Positions 24,879 to 40,756 of a stretch of DNA of 64,000 nt are shown here, piece by piece. Under the pieces are notes generated by a model, which searched no databases, was not told the DNA's origin, and saw nothing but the letters and a program-made list of their open reading frames with translations. Every line of letters starts with the position of its first letter. The stretch's first letter is position 1. The position numbers and the translations under genes are program-made. The stretch lies in assembly GCF_009914755.1 (NCBI RefSeq), contig NC_060926.1. One strand, given 5' to 3'. This DNA is from the human T2T-CHM13v2.0 reference genome, Homo sapiens.

Positions 24879-25134
24879 TCCTTAGTACAACACTGCTTAT
24901 TCTGGCAAAGTAAAAGTATATACATATACACTTAACATATATATGAAATAATATATATATACACTTATTTTTTTAACGTACGATGTAGAGTACATATATA
25001 TCTACATGTATACTTAATATAGATATGATGTAATATTATGGAGCAATTACTATTTGTGATAGAAATGCAGAGTTATTGACATGAAAAGAAATCCATAGAT
25101 TTGCTTTCCAAATCAGGTTATAAAACCATATGTA

Positions 25135-25370
25135 TGGCAGAGTATACAATGTCATAGTTAGGAGTATCAGATGAATGTGAGCAAGATAATTAATCTCCGT
25201 AAGCATCATTCCTCATCTGTAAAAAAGGGACTAATAGCAATCCCAGGTATAAAGTACTGTTGAAATGATTGGATTAAAAATTGATTATATAAAGTAATGT
25301 ATAAATAAAATAAAATCTCAACACTGTGCCTGAGCTATACTAAGTGCATAATAAATATTAGCTATATTGA
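25135..25370 (+). mobile_element. MIR within an AT-rich L1M 3' relic
   Basis: ttcctcatctgtaaaaaaggga...acactgtgcctgagc...ataaatattagctat. Confidence 0.75.
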
Positions 25371-26917
25371 AAATGATTATTACATTTTACAGGGAAGATA
25401 ACATTTCTGTGTGTATACAAAAAATTCAAACTATTCACATCAAATTGTTATCATGCATATGATGGTGAGACTTTTAGATTTTTTTTAATTTTCTTTTTAT
25501 CTGTTTCTGTATTTTCTGGATAATAATTTTAATTTGAGGGAAATAATAACTTGTTTTTCTTCTGTAACTCTAGCTAACTGACTGCTTAGTATAAAGCAGA
25601 ATATTTTAAAGATGGCTTTTCTGGAAAATAATCTTGGATTTATTTGAGATAAGAAGGTCAAATGAAGGTTTAAGATAGCTGATTGAAGAAAAGTGTTCAC
25701 CTGGTCTCATTCCCTAAGTTCGATTGAAATGGTAGAGAAAATGCACAAACAAAAATGAATTTTAACAGAAATGAAAAACCAAGAGAATTGCCACTAGGAT
25801 ATCAGAACTTTGGGAATTTCCTAGAAAAAGCAGATGGAAACAGACCTAAAGATTCACATGGAAATAAGGACAAATGAGAAGCCCTCCAATAAAGGACTCT
25901 TAAAAAAAAAAAAAAAAAAAAAGCCCATGATCAGAGGCTGTAGGAATGAAAGAAGAACTAGGAGATGGGCCTAGACACTGATTTTAAAAGAGTAAAATAA
26001 CTCTGTCCATGTTCTGATAAAGCACCTAATGCTGTCTTTTGACCTCAGCTACTGCTCTGCTGTGTGAGAATTTTCACGCAGCAGACTCTCAGAGTAGACA
26101 CTGGGGCTTGAACAAAGTAATTTCCCCAATAATTTTGTGCTGCCTCAGGGGAAGAAACGAAACTTCCACCGAAGACAAACTACTGGTCATCCTAAAGGAA
26201 AGCACAGCCTACCAGGGCCCATAACAGCTCTGCACTCCAGAACCACCCCAACACCGCCCATCTGAACTATATCCATTGCCAAGAGAAAAAGAAATTTTCA
26301 TGTGCACTAGGAAAACATTTCTGAGCTGTTGGTTCTGTTCATTTACAGACATTTATCTGAAAATATGAACTGTCATGAAGTATTTTCAAACATTCAACAG
26401 AAATCAATAGCCAATAGAATGAAGGAACAGAGGGATGGAAGAATGGAGAGACAAAAGAGGAAAGAAAGAAAACAATAGTTTCAGCATGTCTGGAAGAAGC
26501 TCTGAACTCCAGAGATTAAGGGAAAATCCTAAACATCAATAGGGAGGAAAAAAGTAGGCTACATTCGTAAGAATAAGGTTTCTCAGGAACTGGGAGCTAG
26601 AGCACAGTGGAACAATGTCTTCAATGTTCTTGTGAAATATGATGAATCAAAAATTCCAGACTCTACTAGCATTTAAGTATTTGGACAAAATAAAGACATT
26701 TTCAGATCTCTGCATACTCAATGTTTAAAACGCAGGCCAGGATTCCTTTCCTTTTCCAAGAAAATGGCTTACAATTTGTATGAGCATATATTAAAATGGA
26801 AATTGAATTTAAGAAAGAGAAGGGATTTTTTTAAAATAATGGGTAAAAATAAACCATAAATGTATAGTAATGCTAAATAAATCTAAATAACCTGACTGTT
26901 AACGTTAAACAACTTTC

Positions 26918-27100
26918 TAGAGAGAAATAGAGAGTCACACACCAGGTCTTAAATGCTTGACTTGGAGGTGGCACACATCAGTTCTGCTTAGAGCCCACCA
27001 TTCAGAACTAGTTCACAGACCCATCTAACTGCAAGGGGCCGGGAAATGTAGGAAAGGACAGGAATACTGTATTAGATGAGTATTAAATGTCCTCACCATA
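26918..27100 (-). mobile_element. MLT1H/J-like LTR fragment
   Basis: ggaggtggcacacatcagttctgct...agaactagt...ctaactgcaaggggccgggaaatgtag. Confidence 0.75.
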
Positions 27101-29027
27101 GTTCATAATAATTTTATCTTCTCAATGGAACATGCCTTTCAACAGCATGTTATATCCTCCTTTGACCATATAATGGTTTTTATGTTGGAATCAATTTTCT
27201 TAGAAATTAAGATTGGTCCATCTACCTTTCATGGTTATACATTGCCTGGAATAATTTTATCCATCCTTTTATTTTCAATCTTTCTATGTTGTTTCATTTT
27301 GTGTGTTCCTTGAAAACATCAAGTAACTGGAACTTGTTCTCTAAGTGTCTGTACCTTTTAATAGTTTATTTTAATCTAACCACCTTCATTTTGATAACTG
27401 ATATTTTGTAACTGATTATTGTTCTCATTCCTATCTTATTTTTTCATTTTTCATTTTCTTTTTTTAAAATCTTTGCATGTTTCTTTTTTCTTCTCTTATT
27501 TTTACTGATTAAAGAAATTTTCTGTTTCCTTTTTTGTGCTAGTGGTTTGGAAATCACATGTTCTATTCCCACTTTTCTCAAGATTGAATTTATGCTAAAT
27601 ACATGTGCTTAAAATATTTTAATTAAATGTTGAAAAACATTTGTATTAATAAGCTCTTCTTGAAACAAGACAAAATGCTTATCATGCTTCAATTCCAGTT
27701 TTCCTTTGCTCCCTCCTGTGTTTATTGAAAACATTTGAAATTCTTTTTCCTGCATTTATTATTATTTTAAAGTCAGGCCTTTATTTACTAATAAACCATT
27801 CTTGAAATTGTCAACTAGGGTTTATTCTAGGAGTACAACAAAGGTTCAAATTTAGACCTTTTGTTACTGCAACTCACTATATTAGTAAACAAAATGTGTT
27901 AACTTGATTAAAAAGACATAGCAAATGTCATACTTGAGGGTGGAACAGTAGAAGCATTTGATTAAAATTCATACCAGAGAAGGATGATACACAGCATTAT
28001 TCTTGAGGTTCTAATCAATGCAATTTGATAAGGAAAGTGAATAAATTCTTAGTATTGGAGAAAAAGAGACAAAACTGCCATTACTTTCAAATGATATGCT
28101 TATCTATTTTCTTTAAAAATCAAAGAAAGTAAGTCAAAAAACACAAAGAACCAATAAGAAGGTTCAGTAAGGTAGCCAATTACAATAAGATCAACAGATA
28201 GAAACTCAATAATTTTCTACATCAGAAAAACAACTTAATAGAAATTGAAATGCAATTTTAAAATCCCCAGAGCAATAAAAGCTATAAAATACTTAGAAAT
28301 AACCAAATAAAGACATGCATAAACTTATGAAGAAAATGATTTTACTGAAAACAAATTTCCAAATAAATGAGACTAAATTTTGTAAAATGTCAATTCTCTC
28401 ATAATTAATGTATAAAAGCAGCGAAATGCCAGTCAGAATTTCAATAGGCTTTTTTTATGAGACTTGAAAAGCTGAATGTAAAATTCAACTAGGAGGGCAA
28501 ATACATTAAAAAAAAAACAGTGAAAAATGACAGTAATTCTGCAGTGTGATATTGGCATGAGACTAAATCATGGAATAGAATAGACAGTTTCGGAAACCAA
28601 ATATAAATTTAATACATGATAAAGAAAGAAGTAACTAGACAATGCCTAATGTTGGGACAAACAGCTATCCATTTGGAGAAAACATATAAAATTAGAGTCT
28701 TACCTTGTACTATATGTAAGAATGAATCCTGTTTGGATTAAAGATCAACATATTAAAAAGTTATCAAAGAAAGTTTAAGATAAGAATTTTATGATGTTGA
28801 AGAATGCTTTCCTCAGCAAAATACCAAAAAAAAAAGGTATCAATAATAAAAGGAAAGGCTACTGATTTGATGACTCACAAATTTAAAACATCTCTAAGGC
28901 AAACACCACCATAAACAAACTTGAAAGAAAAGCAACAAACCAAAAAGAAATAGTTGCATCATAATAAAGTTACTACCCATTCTTACCATAAAAATTGGTA
29001 AGAACAATTTCTTTTAAAGGGAAAGGA

Positions 29028-29347
<320 letters not shown>

Positions 29348-30384
29348 TTAAGAAGAAACAAAAATGGCAAATTAACATGAGAAAGAATATACAACCTAAC
29401 TAGGAATCAGAGAAATGAATATTAAAGCAATATAACGATATCACTCCTTTATCTCTCAGATCAGCAACATTTTAAAAGATTGATATTATTTATTTATGGA
29501 AAGAATATGGCAAGATGAATAACACACATTCTGGTGGAATTTAACTCAGCACAGGCTTTTTGGTGGCCAGCTTGACATTATCTGGTCAAATGTGTGGACA
29601 TTGGTCTATTCTACTTCTGAGAATGGATCCTGTGAAATACACACATGGCCCAAGCCAAGCCACATGCACTAGCATATTTATTGATCTTTTTTTATTGGGA
29701 TGTAGCCTAATGTCCATCAATAGAAAAATGGTTACAGCAGTTGTCCTGCAATGCAGTCACTAAGACAATTGAGGTAGAGCCATACGTACCCAGATGGAAA
29801 GATTTCTAAGACACATTTTTAGGAGAAAAAAACAAATCAAGGATAAATAGCTGGAACTCATTCATCTTCTTAAAGCTACATATATGTACGTTTTGTATCT
29901 ACATATAAATGCACAGAAAAAGGTCTGACTGACACAAATCAAATGGTTAGAAATTGTTACCTACAGGAGGTGCTTCAACTTATTATTCAATACAGTATAT
30001 AACTGTACAGTATAAGTTTTTACAGGAAGCAAGTATTCACATATTACTTCTATAATTTTTTTCTAAGTTAAGATCGAATATCTTCAGACTTCCCTGTTTC
30101 AATGCTAGCTTTGAGAAGGAGCCACTCTAAGGAGTCCTCTCCTTAGAGCTCACATTCATGCAGGGAAGGCTGCTAAAGGCACATGGCATTGTGAACAGAG
30201 CTGAAAACTTGACTCCAAACTTTATCTTGCTTTCCTGTTTTCTTTTCCCATTGATTGTTTGTATCTGACTATTTTGCACATGTATCTGTAAGTGCCCTTC
30301 AATCCTTATGGAAAATATCAGTAACTTCCATGAACAGTAAAGGGTCCCAGCCTGGAGCCCTGGGATCTGGTACACACGGGCGCT

Positions 30385-30495
30385 CTCAGTAGCTGTGAAA
30401 TCTGGAATAAGTCCCAGCTTCTGCATGCCTCGTTTTGTTCATCTGTGAAATGCAGTGGCTGGCCCAGTGCTCTCAAAGTCCCTTTCCTGTTCTTA
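30385..30495 (+). mobile_element. MIR3-like fragment
   Basis: gcctcgttttgttcatctgtgaaatg...tctcaaagtccctttcc. Confidence 0.6.
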
Positions 30496-30942
30496 GCCTT
30501 TAGGTTTTGTGTGCTCTGCTGGGCTCCTTCTTCTCTCCACATCCTAAAGGCACTGCAGCAGGAAAGTGTGACTGCTCAGCCCCTTCCATCAGCTCAGATC
30601 ACTGAGATTCGACTGTCTCCCCATGTGGGCCAGGGGCTGGTGAGGAATTAAGAATTCACACAGAAAATCACTTTGATTTCCCCCGCAGCACTATTCATTT
30701 GGGAGACACATCTCTGATAGTTTATGCCCAAAGCCTCTTTATGAGAGTCTAGAATGGTTCTAGCGCCAGCAGTCACAGTGACCCACCAACTCAAGCCAGG
30801 TGTCCCCTCTTGGGAGCAAACTGTCTCTGGTTGGTTTGCCTTTGTCAATAAAATAACTCCTGTCATACCACCAGCTGCATTTGGTTCCATTTTGCTTTCA
30901 TATTTACATGTTTTCCCACAAGATTTACTTCATATAAATGAT

Positions 30943-30970
<28 letters not shown>
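30943..30970. repeat. (CA)14 microsatellite
   Basis: Directly visible. Confidence 0.97.
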
Positions 30971-30975
<5 letters not shown>

Positions 30976-31262
30976 AAGGATATGTACAACATTAAAACTA
31001 ATGGTACAACAAACAGCCATAAAGACCCACTCTTGTCCCTCCCTCCTCCTCCACCGCCCTCAACCCTGCAATGTTACTGTTCTGCTTACCCAACTATGTT
31101 AACTACTATCCAAACTTTTTTGTCATTAATTTTCTTGTTTTCCTTTATACTTTTACCAAATATGTAGAATTAATTATCTTTTAAAGGAAGAAACTTTTTA
31201 GAAACAAGGTTCTTACGAGAATTAAATGAGGCAATGCTTAAAGTGCTTAGCACAATGCCTGA

Positions 31263-31609
<347 letters not shown>

Positions 31610-31754
31610 TATCATCGCTCTTTTAAACTTCTGTTAAGATAATGGAAAAGATCTTTTGTTCATTTAGTAATCCGTCTCATTCATTTTTTAATTACCTACT
31701 GTGGGTCATCTCTGCCATGCTAGATGTTATAAAGCTATACGATTTGAATTTTTA

Positions 31755-32390
31755 AAATATTTTTAATTTTTATTTTTAAATACTTACAGACTCACAAGAA
31801 GTAGTAAAAATAATCCAGAGAGGTTCTGTGTACCTATCACCCATCTTCTCCCAATGGTGCCACTTTATACGTCTGTAGTACATTATCAAAACCAGAAATC
31901 AACATTGGCATCATACAATTAACTAGACAATTAGACCTTACTCGGATTTCATTGTGCAGGGACTCCTTTTTGGGGGGTGAGGGCATGTAATCCTGTGACA
32001 TTTTCACCCATGGGTAAACTTGTGTTACCACCACCACAATCAAAATGTAGAACCCTTCTGTCATCACAAAGGAATTCCCTTGCGCTACTCTATTTTTCGT
32101 TTTTTGAAATGGGTCTCTCTTGATCGCCCACGTTAGTTTCAAACTCCTGGGCTCAAACAGTCCTCCTGCCTCAGCCTCTCAAGTAGCTTGAACGACAGGT
32201 GCACACCACAGGCTCAGCTTGCTACCCTTTTTAGAGTCGCATTCTGGCTCCCTTACCTAATCCCTGGCAACCACTGATCTGGTCCCCATTTCTATCTTTT
32301 TGTCATTTTGAGACGTTATATACACAGAATCATACAATATATAACTTTTTGAGATAAGCTAAGCAGTTTTTACACTCATGAAAAATAGCC
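31755..32390 (-). mobile_element. L1MC/MD 3'UTR fragment containing a FLAM (32092-32219)
   Basis: cagactcacaagaagtagtaaaaataat...tatcaaaaccagaaatcaacattgg...ccaccacaatcaa...cctggcaaccactgatctg. Confidence 0.8.
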
Positions 32391-32432
32391 TTACATACTG
32401 AACCTAGATTTCTTGACTGGGAAGAATTTCTT

Positions 32433-32810
32433 TCTTTTTTTCCCCCATTAATCTATATGTTTTATTTTTGTGGGTACATAATAGCCTTTAGGTTAATAGG
32501 TATATTATGGAGTACATGAGATGTTTTGATACAGGCATGCAATGCATCATAATCATATCATGGAGAATGGGGTATCCATCCCTTCAAGCATTTAACCTTT
32601 GTGTTACAAATCATCCAATTATACACTTTTAGTTAGTTTTAAATGTACAATTAAGTTATTATTGACTATAGTCAGTCACCCTGTTGTGCTATCAAATACT
32701 AGGTCCTATTTCATTCTTTGTTTTGTTTTGTTTTTTCTTTTTACCCATTAACCATCCTCCCCAACCCTCCATCACCCACAACCCTTCCCAGACTCTGGTA
32801 ACCATCCTTA
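32433..32810 (-). mobile_element. L1MA1/2-like 3' end
   Basis: gtacatgagatgttttgatacaggcatgcaatg...gagaatggggtatccatccc; TSD ggaagaatttctt (32420-32432 / 32811-32823). Confidence 0.9.
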
Positions 32811-34163
32811 GGAAGAATTTCTTGACTGGATTTATACTGGGGAGAATTAATTTCATCTTCAGATCATGTAGAGTATTTCATTTCTAAGGAAATCTGAGGC
32901 TCTAATGATACCCTGAAAACAAAGGATTTAACCACTAGAATTCGCCAGATCATTGGAAGGTATCCATGAGGTTCACTGTGTAGATGGAGGGAGGAGGAGC
33001 AGGTGATAGCCCTCATAGCCAGGACTAGACCTTCCTCATGGCCAGGACTAGGCTCAGAGGTGGACTCCAAAATGAACGCAAGAATATGTACTTGCTATCC
33101 ATGCCGGACATTAATGAGCTTGGAAGAGGTTTGTCTATACATGTGAGAAATGAGTTTCAAGTACTTTTATCAATTCCTCCCCCGACAACTGATCAAAAAA
33201 GAAATTGTTTGCAAATTGCACAGCAGGCCAGGAAAACAGTCTGAAAACCCTTTCAATCAGATATTTTGGAAGGAGCTTGTCTAAAAACAACCCTTGCCAA
33301 GTTTCCAGGCTGCTCCTTTGTAAGCTCATTTTTGAAGATTTGTCACAAAGCAGGAACTGGAAGGAGAAACATGTTTTATTTTGTTATACAATGAAGTTCT
33401 TTGTCCAACAAATAGATGTGATAATATCACTGTGTTGGATACATTCTACCATTCTCCTAAGTGGTTGGGGCTGCTTTTTAAATTTTTGCACCTTCAGTCT
33501 GGTTGAGAGCACTGAAAGAATGGTGCTAAAAGCCTCTTTTCAGACACATCAGGGGCATTCTTTTGTTTGAATTTACTTCCCCTTTCCCACCCAGTCCCTG
33601 GCACCAAACACAGCCTTACAAATCAGCTCCGACTGGCAGGAGGAATGAAGTCAGCAGGAGCTGGTGCCAAGTTCCTCTTGGGCTCCATTCACCCAAGCCT
33701 CGCTAACCTTTTCTCCACATAGAAGGGGCATCTCCACTGCTCTCAGAAACACAACTTTGTACACACGCCAAATTGCTTTTGGGGGCAGTTACAGCAGAGA
33801 TCCTCCCACTTTCATTTTACCTAGACTGTGTCACATGGAGCCAAGCACTTTGCAATTTACCACCTTTTCCCTCGATTTAATATTAGAAGCTCTATCTGAT
33901 TCTGAGGCTGTTTTCTGGAAGGGCACTCCAAATGAGGAAACGTCTCTGTAAACTAAGGACAACGAAAAGGACTTTATCTGACCAACAATTTACTGTCTCC
34001 TGCTGGATTAGAGCGCTCACTCACATGAGCACTGCAGTTTTATAAAACACACAGAAGCATATGACGATGTAAAGACATGATCCTTCATGGTATTTCCCGG
34101 CTGCCGGTGAATACATTTTTAGGCACCACGACTTTGAATTCACTCAGCTGCATGATTTAGAGC

Positions 34164-34400
34164 CACTGGTCCCAAGCAGGATAATTTTCCCACCACCCCC
34201 CAGCCTGCCCCTTAGGGACATTTGTCAATATCTGGAGATGGTTTTGATTGAATCAACCAAATGGGATTGCTGCTGGCATCTAGTGGGTAGACGCCAGGGT
34301 TACCGCTACACATTCAGCAATGCACAGCACAGCCCCCATAACCAAACAAAGAATTATCTGGCCCCCCCAAATGTCCAAGTGCTGAGGTTGAGAAACCTTG
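34164..34400 (+). mobile_element. MER20 (hAT-Charlie MITE)
   Basis: gggacatttgtcaatatctggaga...ctggcatctagtgggtaga...aaagaattatctggccc...gtgctgaggttgagaaacc. Confidence 0.92.
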
Positions 34401-34404
34401 ATTA

Positions 34405-34600
34405 AAGGAAAGCATAGGGCTTTTGATGTCAGATAATTCAGGATTTGAATCTGATCCACAGCCTAGGCTATCCAAGCTTCAATTCTTCTTTAAACTTAAA
34501 ATGATCCTATCCTACCTGCCTTACTGAATCACTGGGAGGATCGAATGAGAGTAGAACCTGTAAAGAATGTAGTACTTAGCAAACACCGCGTGCTAAAAAA
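34405..34600 (+). mobile_element. MIR fragment
   Basis: gggcttttgatgtcagata...ggatttgaatc...aggatcgaatgaga. Confidence 0.6.
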
Positions 34601-34714
34601 AAAAAAAGTTTTTTCTTTCCTCTTTACTCCCTGCTTTATACTGTTAATACCTCCTTTGAGACTACAGAGTCTCAGCAGCCGTTTTTCTCTTCCTTATCGC
34701 TGGAAATCAGCATT

Positions 34715-35180
34715 GTAGCAAATATCCACTCTGCTTTCTTGCAAACACTGATTCTCTGGTCTAGTGGGGCTGGCTACCACACAGCCTTGACTCTCCCATC
34801 ACAGGTGTGACGACAAGGCCCAGAGTATCCCAAGCCCTAACCACAAAGATGGTTTCAGAGGAGAGACCACAACCCAAGCCTGACCAATCATGGCCACCCC
34901 AAGGACTATAGCTGGAGCCCTCAGGAAATAGACACTCTTTTTTTTAATCTGGAATTAATCAGAAAATGTGAAAACAAAGTAAGTTCGTAGCTGACAGTAG
35001 CTATCTTTGCCACTGGAAAGAACTGAATCAAGGCAGAATCAAAGTGCAGAAATGAGACATGGTAGAGTCAGGGGTGGGAGGGGAGATGGGGTTCCCATGA
35101 TAGCTTTCCATGACCTTTTAGCTTACATTAGTTTGAGTTAGGTTTCTGTGACTTGAAACTCAAGGATTTATGACTAATAG
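34715..35180 (+). mobile_element. MLT1J/K-like solo LTR
   Basis: acccaagcctgaccaatca...agtttgagttaggtttctgtgacttg...gactaata. Confidence 0.75.
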
Positions 35181-35589
35181 AGCTTGTAGATGGGGTTAGA
35201 ACGCACAGGATGTCAGTATAGTAACCAGCCTACAGATATCTACTGAGTGCCATGCAAGGTCCTGATAAGGACAAAAGATATCATTCCTGTCCTCAAGATG
35301 TTTCTAATCTTGGTGAGTAAACAAATACCTAGCAAAAAGATACCGTTACAAGGTTGTGGAAATGCCAAGAGAATCACAGGCCATATTGCTGATAAATTGG
35401 GTGTGGAGAGGTGAGAGAGACATTTTTCTCTATTGGAAAAAAAAGGGGACACTTTGTAGAGGAAGTGACTTAGCTGGCACCTCTCCCTAGCTGCCCAAGC
35501 CAAGAAGCTTCCCTTTCACTACCCCAGGAACATAAGCTGAGAACCGAAGAGGACTCTTACTCCTCCAAGGGGCTCCGCTCTTGCTGGAC

Positions 35590-37570
35590 TGTGACCACCC
35601 CAGACCTGGTAAGCCAGGACCTCTGTTCATTGGCCCAGTGGCTACTCTCCTCCTGGGCATTGTCCACTACACTCCTATTGATCTACCCCCAAAGTACACA
35701 GACCCTCCATGACCTCTCCTCTGCATTCCTACCATCCACACCATGTGTAGTGTTTCCTTGCCCCAGACCCAAACCCCTACTCCTAACTTCCCTTCCAAAT
35801 CCTTCCACTGTTCCCTCTAGACCTCTTACTCCAATATCAGCAAATACCTGCACCTCTCCTATCCTCCAAATGTTCTTTCCTTCCTTTTCTATACTGAGAA
35901 TCAGCTGTCTGTTGAACACAAATTTCCTCTGAAACTCTGTTGCATTCTTCTCAAACCTCACAGTCAGGAGGTAATGTTATTCCCAGTGCTGCTTCCAGGC
36001 AGTTACTGCTCTGGCCTCTGGCCAAGATCCCTGATCCTTTGAGGATCCAGGCTTCTGGTCCTGCCACCTCTTCTCCTCTTCATTGCTGTCATCTACAGAT
36101 CTCCTGACTCACAGCATTTTTCTTCACCCAATTCTTGCTATCTTTCCCAGTGACTTCAACCCCTGTGTGAAATTCTTATCCACCACCATGTGTGTCCATC
36201 CCCTGGCATGGTCACCACACTGCCCAGCTCCAGGAACATAAAGAACATTGTCATTGATGTGAATGGTGCCCACTGTAATTTTGCATTGCACACCCCACAC
36301 ACGCTTATGCAGTGTCCCAGGGCCTTGATCTCATCTCCAGCCACCTGCTCCTCCCACCAACTGAGCCACTGCCTCCTTAACCACACCCTTATCTCTGCAT
36401 CACTCTAACATTATTAATTCAAACATCCCAGTCCCTTCAAGTTACTAGCTCGAGTACCCTCACAAGAAGTCTTTCCCTACAGAAAATTAGGAAATCCATG
36501 ATCCTTTCACCTTCTATCAGTCCTTCCTGCTTTCACATCTTTCTTAACTCATCCTGGAGTTTAGAGTCTACCATTATCAATTATTCCCTGGAAAAGATTC
36601 ATAGTCAATTGCTGCCTTCATTCTATTCCACTTGCCTGATAAAACCCCAGTCCTGAAAGATCCAAATCACTGCTATCCCCAACTATCTGTATCCTGGAAG
36701 CAGTATTTCCAGTGAATATCACAAAACAGGACATACAGTATTCGCCTAAATCATGACACTTTCCTCTCTATCATCACACATGTCTCCTAAATCTTCCTTC
36801 TTAGTGCCTCCTGGGTGCACGGTCTTCTCTCTAACTTAATGTCTCCAACGAGGTCTGCACAGCATCATCAGCCACACAGACAACTGAAATAGCACAGAGT
36901 AAGTTCTAAAACACTAATATCATGTCATTCCTTTGTCACTGCCTAAACATCTTCAACAAGGTACCCTTGTTATTAAGATAAAATCAGAAATTCTAATGGT
37001 GTACACTTGTTATTAGGATAAAATCAGAAATTCTTATCACAGAATTGCATCACCTGCCCTGCTTACATATCTACTCAGATTCCATGCTCCCCTTTCTGTG
37101 AATAGCCCTGTACAGTAGCCACCTTGACTTTCCTCAAAGTTGTCTTGCTCCTTTTGACCCCCAGAGCCTTCTGACAAGCTGCCCCTTCTGTCTACAAGGC
37201 CCCTCCCCAACCTTGCTTAGCTTATTCCAGCTCATCCTAAGCTCTCAGCATCAACACCTTGAACTCAGAGATACCTTCTCTAACCTTCCTTCCCCTACAC
37301 AGCATGCACAAGGTCAAGTTACATTGACCAATGATCTCTTGATATACCATACTTGCCCTTTAAAAACATTTATCACAAATTATCACTTATCACAACACTT
37401 ACCACTTGTGTTACTAATTGTTTGAAGTCTACTTTCTAGACTAGAAAGTAAGCTCCATGAGGGACAGTAACTGAGTATTTTGTTCACTGCTGTATCCCCA
37501 ATGCCTTGTACAGAATAGGTGATCCATAAAGACTTGATGAAGATGAGTAATTCACTGAGTGAATGATAAT
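35590..37570 (+). mobile_element. Long, internally deleted L2 (endonuclease-region remnant through 3' end)
   Basis: attgctgtcatctacaga...gtgacttcaac (IAVIYR...DFN); 3' end gactagaaagtaagctccatgagggacag...ttcactgctgtatcccca. Confidence 0.75.
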
Positions 37571-38585
37571 ATGAGCTTGGCCTTGAAAGATAAGCAGGAT
37601 TCAGGTGAACAAAAAGGATGAGATTTTCATTAGCAATGTGCAGGGTGTGAAAGTGGATAATGAGCCAACCAATTCTTATTGAATGCTATTGAATGTGCAA
37701 GCTTCTTGCTAATGACTAGAAATTTCTATGCGCATAACAGACAATAATGAGCTTGGAAGACATATGTTTCAGAAACACCCAACTCCTATTTGTAGAAACA
37801 TCTACTATTGTTTTGTCCAGAATGGACCTAGGAGTTAGAACTGGGGGTCCAAGGGATATACATATTGACATATCATATGTCAATATCATATGTCATATCA
37901 TGTAACAATAGAGTCAGTGGAAGAGACCCTTTCAGCATTTTTCAGACAGGAATATCTGCAACATCTCTGCTCAATTCCACAGGCAGGTAATCCCCAACCA
38001 AGAGATGCTGTAAACCACTCCCTTTAGAGGAGAAAGATATAGCCTCTTAGCTGCCCATACATAAACACAGAAGATATAAACACATACCACTATCTTCAAC
38101 TTGAAGTGACACTGAAGAAAACACACAGTGTATGGCAAAAAATAGAAAACAGAAGGAGCATTAAAAATAGAAACAGAAAAAAAGATGGCCCTAGAATTGA
38201 AAATATGTCACAACACATAGTTCCATAAGATTTCTTTTAAAATGGCAATCACTACCCTCTCATCCCATGCTTCCCAGAAGCAAACACTTCCAAATCTTGT
38301 AGCAGATTATTTTTCCATTTGTTTCTATGCCTCTAAATAACAAGCTTGTACTAGTCTACTACTTCTTGATATTTAAGTTCAGAATTCTCTACTGACTTCC
38401 AACTATCTAAATGAGGATTCAACTTTTTTTCATTGCCCTCAGTCTCTGGCATTTACCCTAACACCATTTCAACCTAACACATACTTTCAATCCCCTGTCC
38501 TCTCAACAAGCTGTTTCATAATTTTGAGTAAATTGATATTAAATGCTAATATTATCATGTCTATGTAAATAATATTCACCAATTA

Positions 38586-38885
<300 letters not shown>

Positions 38886-39595
38886 TCACCAATTAATTAT
38901 GTCATATATTGCTATTACTTTTCTTTGCCTGTACTTTTTGTCTTTTCAGGAGCTAATAATAGTCTTGTTTTTTATTTATATGGTTTTCTATGAACTTACC
39001 ACTAAGTCAACCCTTAACTCTTCCCCCATTGTGTAAATATTCTCTGAATACATTCAGACATATTAACTATTCCTTCAGTTTTGTCTTCCTGAAGAAGTGT
39101 CTTCCTGAACTTTCTGATCTGCCCCAATCTGGGCAGGCTGCTCTCCTGACCTGCTGACTTGATGCCATCTTGGAATCACCCACCGCCATCATCCTGGGGA
39201 TTCTTTGGCCTTGCTCCTGTGTTGAATCCCATTTTTAAATTCTCAAGTCTTCCTCTTTCTTAGTTTGCTTCCTCATTCTGTAGAGCATCTGAGAAATGGT
39301 ACCTGGGAGATAAATTTTTTGAGAAAATGCATATCTGAAAAATGTCTTTTACCTTAACCTTTATTTGACATTTTGGCTACATTTAGAATTTTAGTTTATA
39401 TATCACTTTCCAACAAAATGTTTAATGCCAGGCTCCTTTTCATCTGGATTCTGGTATTACTCTTGAAAAGTCTGATGCCCTTCTACTCCTAGTCCTTATT
39501 TTTTCTCTTTTGTATTTCTCTGGGAATTTTCAGGATCATTTCTTCATTCCTAGTGTTCTAAAACTTCACTATGACATGCCTTGGTGTGACCTTTT

Positions 39596-40756
<1,161 letters not shown>

